A stretch of DNA of 64,000 nt from Euglena gracilis (lineage: Eukaryota), in assembly GCA_039621445.1 (NCBI GenBank), contig CP154954.1, positions 14,178,387 to 14,242,386 on the forward strand, in the 5' to 3' direction. Positions 21,601 to 36,199 of the stretch are shown here, in pieces. The notes under the pieces were generated by a model that was not told where the DNA came from, did no database searches, and was given only the letters and a program-made list of their open reading frames with translations. How positions within the stretch are numbered: position 1 is the stretch's first letter; each line of letters starts with the position of its first letter. The translations under genes were made by a program, and so were the position numbers.

Positions 21601-23202
21601 TTGGCCGTCCCTTAGGCCAAAGGGCAGTCCTTAAGGGGCGGTCCTTTAGGGGAAAAGAACTTCCCTTATGGACCGCCCTGATTATTTGGGGAGTTTTATT
21701 TGGGGGAGGGTTACTTCCGACACCTGCACTAACTGCATGCACTCAAATATCTGCATCCTCTCCAGCCACTCTCCAGTGTCTGCATCCTGGCCATAACATT
21801 TCATATTAACCAAACATTAGCCAAATATTCACCGCTGTCACATTTCGTATTGACCCAAATTAGCCAAATACTCCCCAAATTATCACAAAATGGCCCCAAA
21901 TTGTCAAAAATTCATCCGAAGAATGGCCAAGAATTCTGGACGGAAAAAACTTCTGAACCCATTTCTCAGAAAAAGCCATCAGAATTCACATCAAAATTCC
22001 GAGGTTTCCTCCAATACAACGTTCAAATAATGGTTAAATCCTAAACTCCAAAATTTCAAAATAAGCAAATAAAATATATTCTTTCATTTTGGATGATCAG
22101 TGCACATTTAAACAGGTGATTTGGAACAAAAGTTTGTTCCCAGAATTGGCGCGAAGCGCCAAATAATTTTTTTTGGTGTTCACAAGAAGAAATTGACTAT
22201 TCTTCCTAAATTACCATTACCACGGATCCTTAAAAATGGTGCGAAAAAACCTTCAAACAAAATTTTCACATTTCATCCAGAAGTTTTCCACAAGATTTTT
22301 TCCCGTTCAAATCCCCCCCCCCCCGGTCGGCCTGCATCGCCCAGCACCGGAACCCCACCTCTGGCCTCCAAAAAACCAGCATCGCCCAGCAGCGCCAGCA
22401 TCATCAGGGCTGCTTGCTTGTGAGCCATGTTTTGTTTGCCACCCAATGTCGCTGTTCCTCTGAGGTCCGTGATTTCAGCGTTGCAGAGCCGGAGGATGTG
22501 CAGGCCGAGGATCCTGTTCCACAGCCTTCCTCGCATCAGAAATTTGTGGTTTTTGGCAACGTCCACTCTCAACGCATCACAGACACCCGCCCTTTCACCC
22601 TCCCTCGTTTCACCTTTGTGAGCAGCAATTGTGAAGAAGTTTTAGGAAGCAACCTCAACCCAGCGACCTGAGCTCCCAGCTGCAGCAAAGGCTGTCTCAT
22701 GGAAACAGTCTTGTATTCGTTCATTCGTTCAATGCGTTCATCGTCATTCTTCAGAAGTGAACGCTGGGACCAGAGCCCAAACGCTCCTTCCCACTGCCCT
22801 CATTAAGGAGCAGGACGCGCCCCCACCCCCCCTGTGTCAATGCCATTTTCTTGGAACGCAGCTTTTTTCTGGAGAAAACAATCACCCCAATAATTCATTT
22901 TTGCCTAAGATGAGACAAAAAATCAACACGGACGAAGTTGGAAACCAGAACTTGCTTTTGCCAACCTGCTATCGTGCGGGGACAGCAAGTCGGGGTCAGG
23001 TGGGGCTACCATCTCCGGGTTTTGTTCCCGGGTTCAGCTGCAGCAGGGTCAAGGCAGTCTCTACCGGTGGTGTGCCGGTCGAGCCCATCGCCGCTGTGTG
23101 CTCGGGTCAAGCTCCTGCTCCTCCCAAGCACCTGCAGCCTCCGACACCAGGGGAGGCGAACTTCCCAACGTGAAAAACCAGCACGTATGGGACCGAATGT
23201 AT

Positions 23203-23470
23203 CATGCTTGTGCTTACCAACCGGGGGGGGGAGGGGGGGGTGGGTGCTATAGGGTGCCTGCTCCTAGCAGGCACCCCCCCCGGGGGGGATAGGGGGGGGA
23301 CCCAGAAATTTTTCATTGAAAATGGCCTTTTCTGGGCCCCCGGTGCCTTCGGCGCCGGGGTCGGAGGGGGGGTGCCTGCTATGGGCAGGCACCCCCCCTC
23401 CGGGTGCTATGGGGTGCCTGCCCCTAGCACCCCCCCCCCGTGGGGTAGGCACCGACTAAGCGCAAGCCTG
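23203..23470. mobile_element. hAT-like MITE, 8-bp TSD GAATGTAT
   Basis: CATGCTTGTGCTTA/TAAGCGCAAGCCTG; GAATGTAT at 23195-23202 and 23471-23478; related to 39050-39331. Confidence 0.88.
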
Positions 23471-25164
23471 GAATGTATACCATCAAGCACGGGAAAATGA
23501 AAATATTACCCAAGTCAGGCCAGGCTGTGTCGGCCAACTCAGGCCATAAATGTTCTTGAGGGGAATATGGGACTGACAGCACCCTGGTCGATTTAGTGCT
23601 GAAACCCATGGCGGTGTACGACCCTCCATGGAGAGGACAATAACAAGATCGGAAGGAAGACAATAATAATATCGGACGCAACTTCATTCCAACCGCAGTC
23701 TGGAAAAGGTGTTTTCATTCAAAACCGGGAAAGATTCACGGCTGCCCTCGTCACACGATAACACAGGTTAGGGTTAGAGTCAGGGTCAGGGTTAGCGTTA
23801 TCCAACAATCCACAATACAACACCAAACATAAAACTCCCTTCCCCTGGGCCATCCACACCAAAAACGGGAAAAATGTGTGCCGTTAAATTGTCAAAACTC
23901 AAACTCTATTTAAATGCTGGAAAAATCTCCAGGCCAGAGGGAGCTTTTGTGGGACGGCCATACAGCAAGTAGGCCTCTTTCAAACGTTTCCAGGTTTGCT
24001 GGGTTGTGTGGGACGAATGTAACACGATTCCCATAATTCCTGAAGCCAAACATTTGGGAAGCCTCGCTTGTGGTTTTGATAGCTCAAGGGGGTACGATAA
24101 CAATGAAAAGCCACAAAAGAGAGGTATGCACATTATCACTTATTATTATTTCCGTGATGTAAATGGTTGCGTGAGTGAATATGCGTGCGATGTGAGACTG
24201 GCCCATGGTCTCAACCAGAAAACCACAAATATTTGTCGTTCTGGGTGGGGTTTTCAAACACAATATGCCGGACCTTGGCGCATTCGCACAGCAAGAGAGC
24301 ACTGAGGAAGGGGGGGGGGAAGGACGAATGCCCATGCCCAACTGAGCTGAAGGGTACGCAAAGCGTACACTGCATTACGCTGCGTTGCGGACCACGGCTC
24401 CAAGCGTCTCCACAAGCCAAATCATTTTAGTGCTGATGACAAGGAGCATGGTGCAAGGCCAGTGCTCAAATCCGTCTGGTACCTGCCCCCACCCACCCCT
24501 TGCCCATCGACCAGGTTCCTACAACGCCCAACGAGGGGGGGGGGGGGCTCTCATATATACAGCGTAACAGGCAAACCCTGACCGGGTGGTCGGTATTTAA
24601 GGGTAGTCGGTTGGTAAGGGGGTGGGGCATGAAATTTCAAAAAAAAAATGCACTGATACCCATGGACATGAGTAAGCAGATCATGCCTCCCTCTCCCCTG
24701 GTGCAACGACCACTAACCCCCCTCTCCTAATTGAAGTGAGGGTGCGTTTATAGTGGACTACCACCTCCAACACAGGGGGTCCGCTTCTATTTGGACCCTA
24801 CCTGTCTAATTTTTGTTGATTTCCTTCAGAACTACCATCAAAATGGCGGTGCGCTTCGCGGCGTTCAATAACAGGAGGTGCGCTTTTATTTGGACCCTGA
24901 GCCCTGGGAGGGGGGATGCACTAGCCCGGCCTCGAAAAAAATGTGCAAAAATGCGTAAAAATGAGCAAAAAACGCAAAAAAAAAACCGTCAATTTTAACC
25001 TTTTTTTGGCGCTTTGTAACCATTTTTTTCGTCATAAAATAAATATCAACGTAAATGTGATATTAATGTAATGTAAATAAAAAATTTCCTTTTTTCAGGG
25101 GGTCTATTGCAAAAGTGGAATCCTAACTTATAGGTTGCCTCCGCGGAGCCTCCGCGGAGGCTAA

Positions 25165-25592
25165 GGGGATGCCCACCCCGCAGTGCCGGCACTGCGTGGC
25201 ACTGCGTGGCACTGCGTGTGGCACTGCGTGGCACTGCGTGGCACTGCGTGTGGCACTGCGTGGCACTGCGTGGCACTGCGTGGCACTGCGTGACACTGCG
25301 TGGCACTGCGTGCACTGCGTGGCACTGCGGGCCGTTAAACCCTTGTTTTTGCATCATTGGCATTTTTGGGGCCATCAAGGGCAATTCTGGTTGTTTTGTG
25401 CAACTTTTTGCTTTTTTGGGCCAATTTGACCGCTTCTGGCTGGAAATGTCGAAAAATGACCAAAAAGATGCCTGCACAGCGCTGCATCATTGAAGGTGAT
25501 TGTATGCGGGTTGAACGGCCCGCAGTGCCACGCAGTGCCACGCAGTGTCACGCAGTGCCACGCAGTGCCGGCACTGCGGGGTGGGCATCCCC
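25165..25592. mobile_element. PIF/Harbinger (Tourist)-like fold-back MITE, TAA TSD, GCACTGCGTG repeats
   Basis: TAA|GGGGATGCCCACCCCGCAGTGCCGGCACTGCG ... CGCAGTGCCGGCACTGCGGGGTGGGCATCCCC|TAA. Confidence 0.85.
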
Positions 25593-28500
25593 TAAAGGTA
25601 ACCAGGCTCCGCGGAGGCTCAAGGTAACCAACCTCCGTGGAGGGCAAGGTAACCAAAAGTCCGGATTCCACATTTGCTGGGACATTTTTTCGGGCAATTT
25701 TTGGCACCTTCAGCCATTTTATGGTGGTTCTCCCAACAAATGACAAATAAATGCTGCTGTGAACACATATAAATGCAACAAGAAAATTTGAACACACAAT
25801 TCTTCCCACACTTGTTGAAACAACATCTGCACAAAAACCAGGGAGGGTGGTTGGTCAAGGGGGGTATAGCTTCAAAGGAAGCGCCTGGGTCGCATCAGAC
25901 GTGGTATTCCTGCAGTGGGCAACGGGCTTCTTTCGGAGAAAGGGACAGAAACCAGCAGCCTGGCAAGCCAAAACAGGTGACCACTGGCACTCCCATAGCA
26001 GCCACACCTGCAGATAGATCATAACTCACTCGATTTGTCCTTTGGCAAATATGTCATTTATTGTTGAACACCTGAACCACAAGGAGGACAACAACACCAA
26101 CACTAAAAACCTGCCACCAGGTGAGCCTCAAACAACAAGACCCTGAAAAAAACACGACACAAAAAAAACACAAAATAAAAACGCTAACAAACACAAAAAA
26201 AAACACAGAAAATTTACACATGTGCACTTTTCACTGGAGACGACTTACAAAAAATTTCAGCTCTGCCGAGGAACATTTTACATTTTGCTTAAAAATATGT
26301 GACGTTTTGTTGACCAACAAAATGCGAAAATGAAAAAAAGGACAATATTTTGTGTCTCGGTAGAGGAGCCGAAATGAAGAATGTTCCATCGTAAAAAAAT
26401 ATCACTTCACTTGATTTCTGTCAAACATTACCCCAGAGGACTATTCATGTTTCACCCCTCGTTGAGCAGGGGATGAATATCTGCATCAAATTGGTCGGTT
26501 TGGGGGGACCGTAAAGGCTGGATGAATGGATACAAAGCCAAAAAAATGGGCCATCTTAAAAGACTGCCACGTCCGACTGGCATAAAAGCTGTGGAAAACC
26601 TCCCCTCCCTCCCTGCATTCGGATCGAGAACCCACATCTCCGACCCCGTCGGACATGTTTGGAATGTTTTGTTTGTTTGGGTATGCCCTGGTAGGTTGTT
26701 GTACGGTACCCGTTCCCCCCTCCTTGTCAATGACTCGGTTACTACAACAATGACCAGAGGGGGGTGATCATAACCACCCCTTGACCTGCAACCCCCGACC
26801 GGGGGTTGTCGGGGGGCAAGGGGTATCGTGGGTCGGCGCAAGGCGGTGCCAGTGCAAAGGGAGTGGAGATGACTGTAGCGGAGGCGACGCTCCTTCAGGG
26901 CTTCAACGTGACCCGCCAGGCTTTGCGTCGCGGCCCACCAGGCTGCGCGGATCAGAGTTAAGGCCCCCCATGTGGAATTTTGTTTTAAGGGGTGGTCCCC
27001 CCCAACAACGCAGGGGCTACCTCTGCAGCTACCTCCCCACCGACGGGGCGGAGTCCGGGGACCCACTTTTTTTTGCGGGGCCAATTTTATGGTTAAAAAA
27101 TAGACCAAAAATGACTAAAACCCTCCTCTGCCAGAGGGACTGGCCCTTGGAAGGGAGGGGAGGGAGTCCAGCAGACACACCCAACCCACCAGGGTTCCAA
27201 ACTTCAAAAAATCCCGCCTTTCATCCATTCAAATAGGCCTGAGACCCCCTCAGCCAAGGGGCAGACCTACCCAAATTAAAAAGTAGGGGAGGAGGTTCGG
27301 CACCCAACCACCCAACCACCCCCAGACACAGGTCGGTGGGGGGGGGGGCAACCCCTCCCTCCCCTCACAGGTCGCCAATCTTTAAAATATTTCAAAAACC
27401 AAAATATCTAACAATAGTTTTCCCGCCCTGTCGTTGGTCATGTCGGTTCATTTGGCAGACAGCATGCAGCCCAGTGTATGGGTAGATATGAGCAGGACCC
27501 ACACCAGACGAGGACTGGGCCGTTGACCACCGGCAGGGCGGAACCAAGGCCCCGGGGGAGAGGGTGATTTTTTTATCAGGATGATTAAATTAGTGGCATT
27601 TTGTGTCTGAACCACGGGGGGAGGCTTCAAGGCTTCAAAATATGCATCCACCAAGTCCACTTTTAGGGTCCGTTGCTGAATATTCCAGATACAAAAATTG
27701 TGCTACCCGCCCCGCCCATGTATTTGGACCTGGTCAAATTGGGCCCAACAGAGGAGGGGTGTCACTTTCTGGAGTTTTTCCATCCTTGGACTCACATGCC
27801 ACCATGAGAAAATTGGCAGTTGGTGTGTGCATTTGCGCAAATGGTCCATTTGTGCACACGTGTGTAAACCGGCCGTATGTGCCGGCTGAGATTTGAATGT
27901 TGTGAAAACGGGAATAACTGGAAATAATTTGTTTGCAAACATAGCACAGATGATTTGTCTGGTCGGTTTGCACATTTGCGCACACCAACCACTTGTGCAA
28001 CTTCAAAATTTAACACAAACCCCACTTAGAGAATGCGGCATTACTGGAATTTCGCGCATCCTTGGGTGAGAGATACTTTGTAAATCTTAAACACAACACA
28101 AAATTGCAATTTGAGCCTGCAAAAAAACTAATTTTTCACCCCTGAAAGATCAAAAGAAATGGCACTTCCAGGATTTATCCTCACAATGTCAAATTTAAAG
28201 TGCCCTCTAGGACCCCAAATTTTTAGTCCAAAAATGAGGCACAATGCATCCCTTGGGGATTATTTAAGACTGGGGGGCGGGAGGCGGGGTCCCCTCCCAC
28301 CCACCCACCCACCCCCTGGGGGGGCACCCACTTTTTCAAAAAAAATTTTCGGCACCTTCGGCGCCGAAAAGCGGGTGTCACATAAAACTTAACAAGGGGG
28401 CAGTGTGGACAACTTGCCACCAACTACAGACCTCCTTCCACAGCTGACAGGTTCAGGGACGTTCCACCACCTGTTCCACCAGATATTGTCCTTGTACCAG

Positions 28501-29298
28501 GGGGACTGTTGTGTTCCTCAGTCAGGGCCCCGAGGCTGAACACCACTGTGGCAGCTGGGTTTGAGCATAGGCTGACAGACAGCCACATCCGAAGCGGGGC
28601 AATGGGAATGGGCCTACAGCGTGGACACTTTGATGGGGGTGAGGGAGGGGTTGTGGAAGCTGCTGGCTCACACGGTGGCAGGCTGCGGGACGGCGGGCGC
28701 AGTTTGACGACCAGTCATCTTGACGGTATGGGTCATGTTGGCTGAAAAGCAATAAAATACGGGGGGTTATATGTACTTTGGAAATACACATAAAGAGGCA
28801 GAATCATACATATTATACCGTGCGACAACAAGAACGACAATATTGACTGGTGCGATACTATCTTCAGTGACAGCGTAAATAAGACCGCGAATTACGGAGT
28901 ACAAGCTGATTTTGGATTGATTCATCGCCCCTGGGTGTGTGAAGGTCCTCTTGTTGCCGGGGCTTGCCAGGGCCTGGACGTCGCCAAAGGCGGCACCGGT
29001 GGGCGCAGCGATGGACGATGGACTGGAATGCCCCTCACGCAACGGGAGGGGGCAACCGGCCGGGGGCAACGCCTGGGACAGGGTAGTTGATCTTCGGCCC
29101 GCGGAGCGCCAGCTCCGCGGAATATCGATGACTGAGAAATCACTATGGTCATATTACCACATAATTATCATTGATATATGATACAATATATGTGTGTGAT
29201 TATATACATACAAACCATATCATTGTATGCACACACACACAAATAATATATATGTCTATGTATAATACATATAACGTAATATATGTTTATATATTTAA

Positions 29299-30050
29299 GG
29301 CAAGTGGGAAGTTTAATACCCCCCGGGGGGGATTAAACTTCCCAACGCGGGGTAGACACGGGTACCCTGGAGTCAGTGAAAGGTGCAGGTTTAGGGAGAG
29401 GACTGTTTGGCCTGGGTTCCTATGTTAGGGAACATTCAAAAAAGCACGGCAAACGGTGGCAATCACAAAAAAAAAACGGCCAAAAGATGACTGGATGTAT
29501 CCAACAGCATGCAGGGCATTGCTTAAAAAACCCCGGAGGTCCAGCTCAGAGGCTGGAAAAAGGCTGCTGGCTGACTCTCCCATCCCCCCCCACAGGGGTC
29601 CCACAGGTGGAACCTGGAATCAACTGGGGGTCGAGCCGGGCACAAAAAAATTCAAGAATGCCCAAACAATAAAACAACGCATCAACAATGCCCCCAAAAA
29701 CTGTTCATTATGCATTTAAGGTGCATAATGATAATGTTATGCCACTTGCGAAGAGAGGATGAACGTCGCGCGCGCGGCCGAACCCAGGCCGGCGGGTCCT
29801 CAACCCTGCGCCCTTCAAAAACCCCAGGGTACCCGTGCCCAAACCAGTACCCGCCCCCCCCCCCCCCGGGCAATTGTTGCGCGACAAACCAGGCCGCACG
29901 GAGGGGGGTGACAATTTCCCGGGGTGACAAATTGGCCGGCACAGAGGGGAGAGACAATTGCCCGGGGGCGTCAATTGCCCCGGGGGGGGGGGCGGGTAGG
30001 AAGTTTAATCAGTTAATACCCCCCCGGGGGGATTAGCCTGCCCACTTGCC
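29299..30050. mobile_element. TIR element GGCAAGTGGG...CCCACTTGCC inserted in TA-rich sequence
   Basis: Inverted ends of about 25 bp with internal CCCCCCGGGGGG palindromes. Confidence 0.7.
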
Positions 30051-30107
30051 ATATGTATGATAACACCCCCAAATAACCCGGTGGGGTGAAAGGTCATTGG
30101 AACCAAC

Positions 30108-31117
<1,010 letters not shown>

Positions 31118-31979
31118 CACAGGAGTATAGAAACCGCCACAGGGGCCAGCCTGGGCCCACTGAAAGGAGAAGCGAAGACTTGGGGTTGTGGGGAGTTCCC
31201 AAGAAACTGTTAGGGTTTTGGGTATTGACCAATGATACCTAAAGAACTCCCCAATCGTGTGCAGTTTTCCTTTCCATTTTTCCGCCTCCTGCCCTCATAC
31301 AGAGAAGTCACAAAATCAGATTACAGAGAGGCGGGGATCGCCCAGTGAAAACGACAACTCACTAGGGTCACAGTGCACACCGCATGCTGGAAGGGCAGCT
31401 GGGAAGGCCCGTTAGAAAATGGGCAGGTCAGGGATGCAGGGGTGGGAACTTTGCCCCCACGCCGGTGCTGCATGTCAGCGGGGAGCCTCATTCTTCCACT
31501 TGGTGAAGAAAGTCTCACTGTGGGGAATGGCAGCAATGCAACACCAAAGCAGGACCTCGGGGTTAACGGGAAGTTTTGGATGGGAGTCGGACCCGCCAGA
31601 CCCATCACAACTTCGTGCAGGGAAAATTTCTTTCAGCGAACCGGGAAAAAAAAAGGGTTCAGATTTGGTATTTTTTACGTGAAAACTTAGACCAAAAAAC
31701 AAGATCAAAAACAAGAAAAAAAGACTCTCAAAAACACCATTTTTTGTCATTTTTTCCCACCTGCAAAAACTTTAGCGCTTTGGACCGATAAAAAAACCCA
31801 ATTCAACCCAGCTGTTCTGGGCTGTCTGAATTTTATTTTGACGGATGAAAGCCCATTTGGGGTTCCTACGGGAGCTACTGGCAGGAGGAAAGGTGCTGCG
31901 GTGGCTTTTGTTGTCACATCACCAAACGTGAGACACGCAGTCCCCAATCCGGCAATTGGTCAGCAACAACATGCCTGCG

Positions 31980-34900
31980 AGCCGCCGCGCACGTCTGTGG
32001 CGGCGAGGTCTGGCTGGGCCGGGGACGCGGGGGGGGGGGGGGGGCGCCTCGCCCGGGTCGTGCGCCGAGAGTAAGGCGGTGGGAGGGAGTGTGGCCGAAT
32101 CCCGGCCGTTGCTGTTGGCCAACTTTCTCCTCTGGGGCTTGCTGGGCGGAAGGGTTCTCCCTTTGCGCTGGTGGTGTGGATCGGGGACAAACCCCCTAAA
32201 CGGTGGGAGTGCTGCCCTCCCCTCCTTTGGTGTTCGTGGTCCCGGGGGGTGGGGACTGCAAACACCAGAGGAGGGGAAATGTTTCCCATTCCCACCCATT
32301 TCTGGTCCATCCTGCACAAAATCTGTTCCGGTTGAACCGCCCGTAGGGCGGCTGAACAGAAATTGAAACTCATCATTGGGGAGGGACGGGGTAAGAGAAG
32401 CTGACGCTGGATGAAAAGACGTTGGCTGGCTGGACCCCCCCCCCACCCGGTGGAGTTCCCTCCGGCTTTGACGACAACCCCGGACGCCACCACCGCCATG
32501 GAAAGCTCAAATAATTTTTTCCTCCTGTACTGGTGTGTTTGTGATGCCATTTTGAGGAATCCCATTATATCATGGGCGTTGTGCCTTGACGGGCTGTGAG
32601 GAGGCACACAGATGCTTTTCTCTTAAGGGGCTTGCCCCAAACAAAAGCCAAAATCATATGAAAATGGGTTTTTTCCCATTGCTGTCCATTGCCAGTGCCA
32701 TCCTGTAGACATACCATGTCGTTGACACCCCCATGCCTGGGTCGGATGAGTCCGGGACCCTAAACTGATCAACCGGGGGGGGGGGGTTATCCTTGGGAGA
32801 CAAATGAAAAGAAATCAAAAATTTGAAAATCTCAAACAAAATCAAATCAATACTGAAAACAACCAAATAATTTCAATTGCGAGATTTTGACGTTTTTCTT
32901 TTCTTCAAAAAAACCATTCAAAAATGTGGTGTTAACGACAAGGTGTGTCTTGGATAAGGGAGGGTGGTGGGATTCCTAAAACTTAAAAGATACTGTCATT
33001 TTTCACCTGTCGACAACCCTTACCCCTCCCCCCCCCCAATCCTGACACACATACACTCTCCCTGCGGATTGAGGCAAACGGCCGCTGCGTGTCCAGAACA
33101 CTGTGAAGGCGGAGGGCAACACAGACCATCATAAGGTTGGGACTGGCAGGCAGGCGCTTGACTGGAGGGCTGTCCATTTTGTGTGTGTGAGGCTTTGTTT
33201 ACTTTGGTGTGTGACACGACGCTTCATAAAAATAACTCTCATCGCTGTGTTTTTTGAAAATTGTTTTTGCTTCCGAATAAAATGACCAGATCCAGAAAAC
33301 ATGCTCCTGGTGGAGCAAAGACAAATTGCTACTTGGACCAGTGGGCTCTCTTATCAGACATCTGATTAAAATTTGAAATCTCCTGGGGGGGTGATTGCAG
33401 CTGGTCCGACATTAGTCAGCACATCAAGTGGGAAAAAGTTCAATTGTGTACGTTTTCAAACCGTACAAAGTCCTTGTTTGTGTCTTATTTTGGCTATTTT
33501 GGGCCTCAAATCTTTCGACTTAGACAAATGAAACATCGTTGGAGAACAACGATTCAGCACCAGGAATCCGCAATTCTCCTTAGGAGAGCGATAATGAAGA
33601 AATAAATTAAATAACAAGACCCAATAGTCAAATAAAGCAGAATTACTGCTGACGTGGGTGTCAATCCTATCCCCCCCTGGGGAAATTGTCCCCGGACAAA
33701 TCACTGGGTACAGGGGAAATTGAAAATTTTTCATAAACAGGTCGGCGGGGACAGAGGGAAGAGGACAGTTGACCGGTCGGCCAAAAGCAGACCAAATGGC
33801 CAATTTGGGCCACAAAAAAAACAACCAAGGGATGGGCCAGGTCTGTCCGCAAGTAAAATGCCACACGGGGTCAGGGGATGTCGAAGCCCCACCCGTTTTC
33901 TGGGCAATTATCCCAACGCCGAAGGGCTTCCCATGTGACACTTTCAACACTGACACTTTTCCCCGGGTTGGCCCTGCCCCACCGCGTCCCCCCAGGCCAG
34001 CCCTCGGCGCAGTATACCGTGCAGCGTCGCGGTTGCGTGGCCCGCCCGGCTTCGGGCCCGCTGTCTAGGCCCGACCGCGGGGCACGTGCAGCGCCAGGGC
34101 ACACACACGAGGCGGCAGATTTGGGCGGCGAGGTGGGGGGAAGGGCGGGGGTGGGGGGGTGAGGGGGGGGTGGGGGGCGGCCCTCTCACTCCACCTCGTA
34201 TGGGCCGTTGATGCGGTTCCCGGGGCAGCCTCCTTGGCACACAATCCTGACGGACCCTCCCTCCGCGGGAGGCGGCTCACACACACTGGCCACCCGACAG
34301 AATTGGCACTTGGGGACATTGTTGTTCGACCCCCCCCCCCACCCGGGCGAAAAACCCCCAAAAAACTGTATTCAGGCCTAGGTGGGGATTGTGCTCACAC
34401 GAAGCAATGCTATGGCCTGTAATTATGGGAAAAGACTAAAATACTCGCAAGGATTGGCTGTTGCCACCGGCTTATTTTATGATAGACGAGGAAGAAGTAT
34501 GACGGATGATGATTTTTGTCTGACATGATGTCTTGTCCATGCCCAGAGTGAGTTGGAGAGTGGAAACGGGTTGGTTGCGCCATTTTGTGCTCTCCGCAAT
34601 CTTCTACGAAGGGCTGCACATTTAGGAAATATTTTCCAAATTTCATTTTTCCAGAAAAAGCCGGAACATATTTCTGAGTACGAATACACACACATACATA
34701 TATATACACATACATACACATATATTTGTATATAATATGTATATATATGCATATGTATATAAAAATAAAAATATATACATAATCCAAAACACGGACTTTC
34801 TGATTTCACAATCATTTTGGCGGTTGACTCCCCCCCCGCGGCGGCGATGCCTGGGAACCAGCAAAAGAGTACGGGTCATGGACAAAGCGCTTTGCAGGGG

Positions 34901-35000
34901 CCGGGGAGGGGAGGGGAGGCGCTGGTGGGTTGCCGGTGGCGGCCTGGAGGGCCGCCAGCATGGCCCGGGAATCGGCCGCAGGGGGCTCCGGCAGCCCCGG
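31980..35000 (-). CDS. Putative exons of a low-complexity Pro-rich protein: ~35000..34857, 34089..33980, 32351..~32000. It may extend to GC islands at 26.9, 28.5, 29.0, 31.5, 35.8, 36.6, 37.0, 46.7 and 47.2 kb.
   Basis: CAG(+4)/CTG(-8) borders at 34856/34090 and 33979/32352 give phase-compatible joins (...KRFVHDPYSFAG|ARAPRSG...TR|CRPTGGSTG...). No recognisable domain. Confidence 0.35.
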
Positions 35001-35012
35001 GTATGCATTAAT

Positions 35013-35500
35013 CAGGGGGGGGGGGGAAATGCGCTCGCCCGGCCTCGGAAAAAATGTGCAAAAATGCGCAAAAATGCGCAAAAATGCGCAAAAAAATGCG
35101 CAAAAAATGCGCATTTTTGGAAAAAATGCGCAAAAATGTGCAAAATCCGAGAAAAAATGCGCAAAAATCACGAAAATGCAAAAATTACCCAAAAACATGC
35201 AAAAATGGCACCAAATTTGAAGAAATTATGTAGAATAATGAAGAAAATGTAAGTTTCAAAAAAAGTCGAAAATTTCAAATTTTTTCGAAAAATTGCAAAA
35301 ATGGTCAAAAAAATGCGAAAATTTTGGAAAATCACGAAAAAATGTGCCAAAAAGCAAAAAAATGCGCTGAAAAAAACGAAAAAATGCGCAAAAAATGCGA
35401 AAAAATGCGCAAAAATGCGCATTTTTGGAAAATTTGAAAAAATGCGCAAAAAATGCGCAAAAATGCGAAAAAATGCGAAACGCATTTCCCCCCCCCCCTG
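35013..35500. mobile_element. MITE CAGGGGGGGGGGGGAAATGCG...CGCATTTCCCCCCCCCCCTG with AAAAATGCGC repeats
   Basis: TIRs are clear. The flanks are palindromic (ATTAAT on both sides), so the TSD is ambiguous. Confidence 0.8.
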
Positions 35501-35949
35501 ATTAATGCATATGTGTGAAAGAGGGTGTGTGTGTAAAACAGATACACATATATACATATACATCCATCCATCCACACATGCATAAGAACACCAGGGGGAC
35601 ACAACAGGAACCCTGCGAAAACAACACACAACAACACGGTGGACACGGAAAAGTGTGCAAATCCCAAAAAAATGCAAACACACACAAAAATGCATTTGTG
35701 TTGCCCCCCCCCCCCAGAAGACTCTCCGACGGGGGCAGCCTGGGCAGCGGAGGACAGCCGTAGGGCGCGGGACGTGCGGCGGGGGTCGCGGTCGCCGCCC
35801 GCGAGGAGTGCCGCGAAGGGCAGCGCGGCGGCGGCGGCGGCCGGGAGATGCGGCGGGCGGGCGGGGGCCGCGGCGGGCGGGGCGGGGAGGAAGCCGGGGC
35901 AGTCGGGGCCGGGGCGGGGGGCCCCCTTGAAGGGAGGGGGTGGTCTGAC

Positions 35950-36199
35950 CAGGCTTCTGTTTAAGACCCCGGGGGGGGGGGTCCCCCCCACCCACCCAGG
36001 GTGGCGGGGGAACCCCCCCGGGGGGGGGGGGCGCCCCCCCACAATCGGGGTCGTTAAAGGCAATTTTCAAAAATTCCGAAAAAGTATACCCAGCGCCTCC
36101 GGCGCGGGACCCCCCCCCCCCCGGGGGGGCCGGCCCGGCCCCACCCCCCCACGCCCCCCCCCTCCCCCGGGGGGGGGGGGTCAGGTAAAAAGAAGCCTG
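35950..36199. mobile_element. hAT-like MITE, 8-bp TSD GGTCTGAC
   Basis: CAGGCTTCTGTTTA/TAAAAAGAAGCCTG; GGTCTGAC at 35942-35949 and 36200-36207. Confidence 0.9.

Noticed and set aside
23766-23800. TTAGGG-like interstitial telomeric repeats (also about 11097 and 5210)
   Set aside because: Only a few degenerate units; cannot be distinguished from simple-repeat noise.
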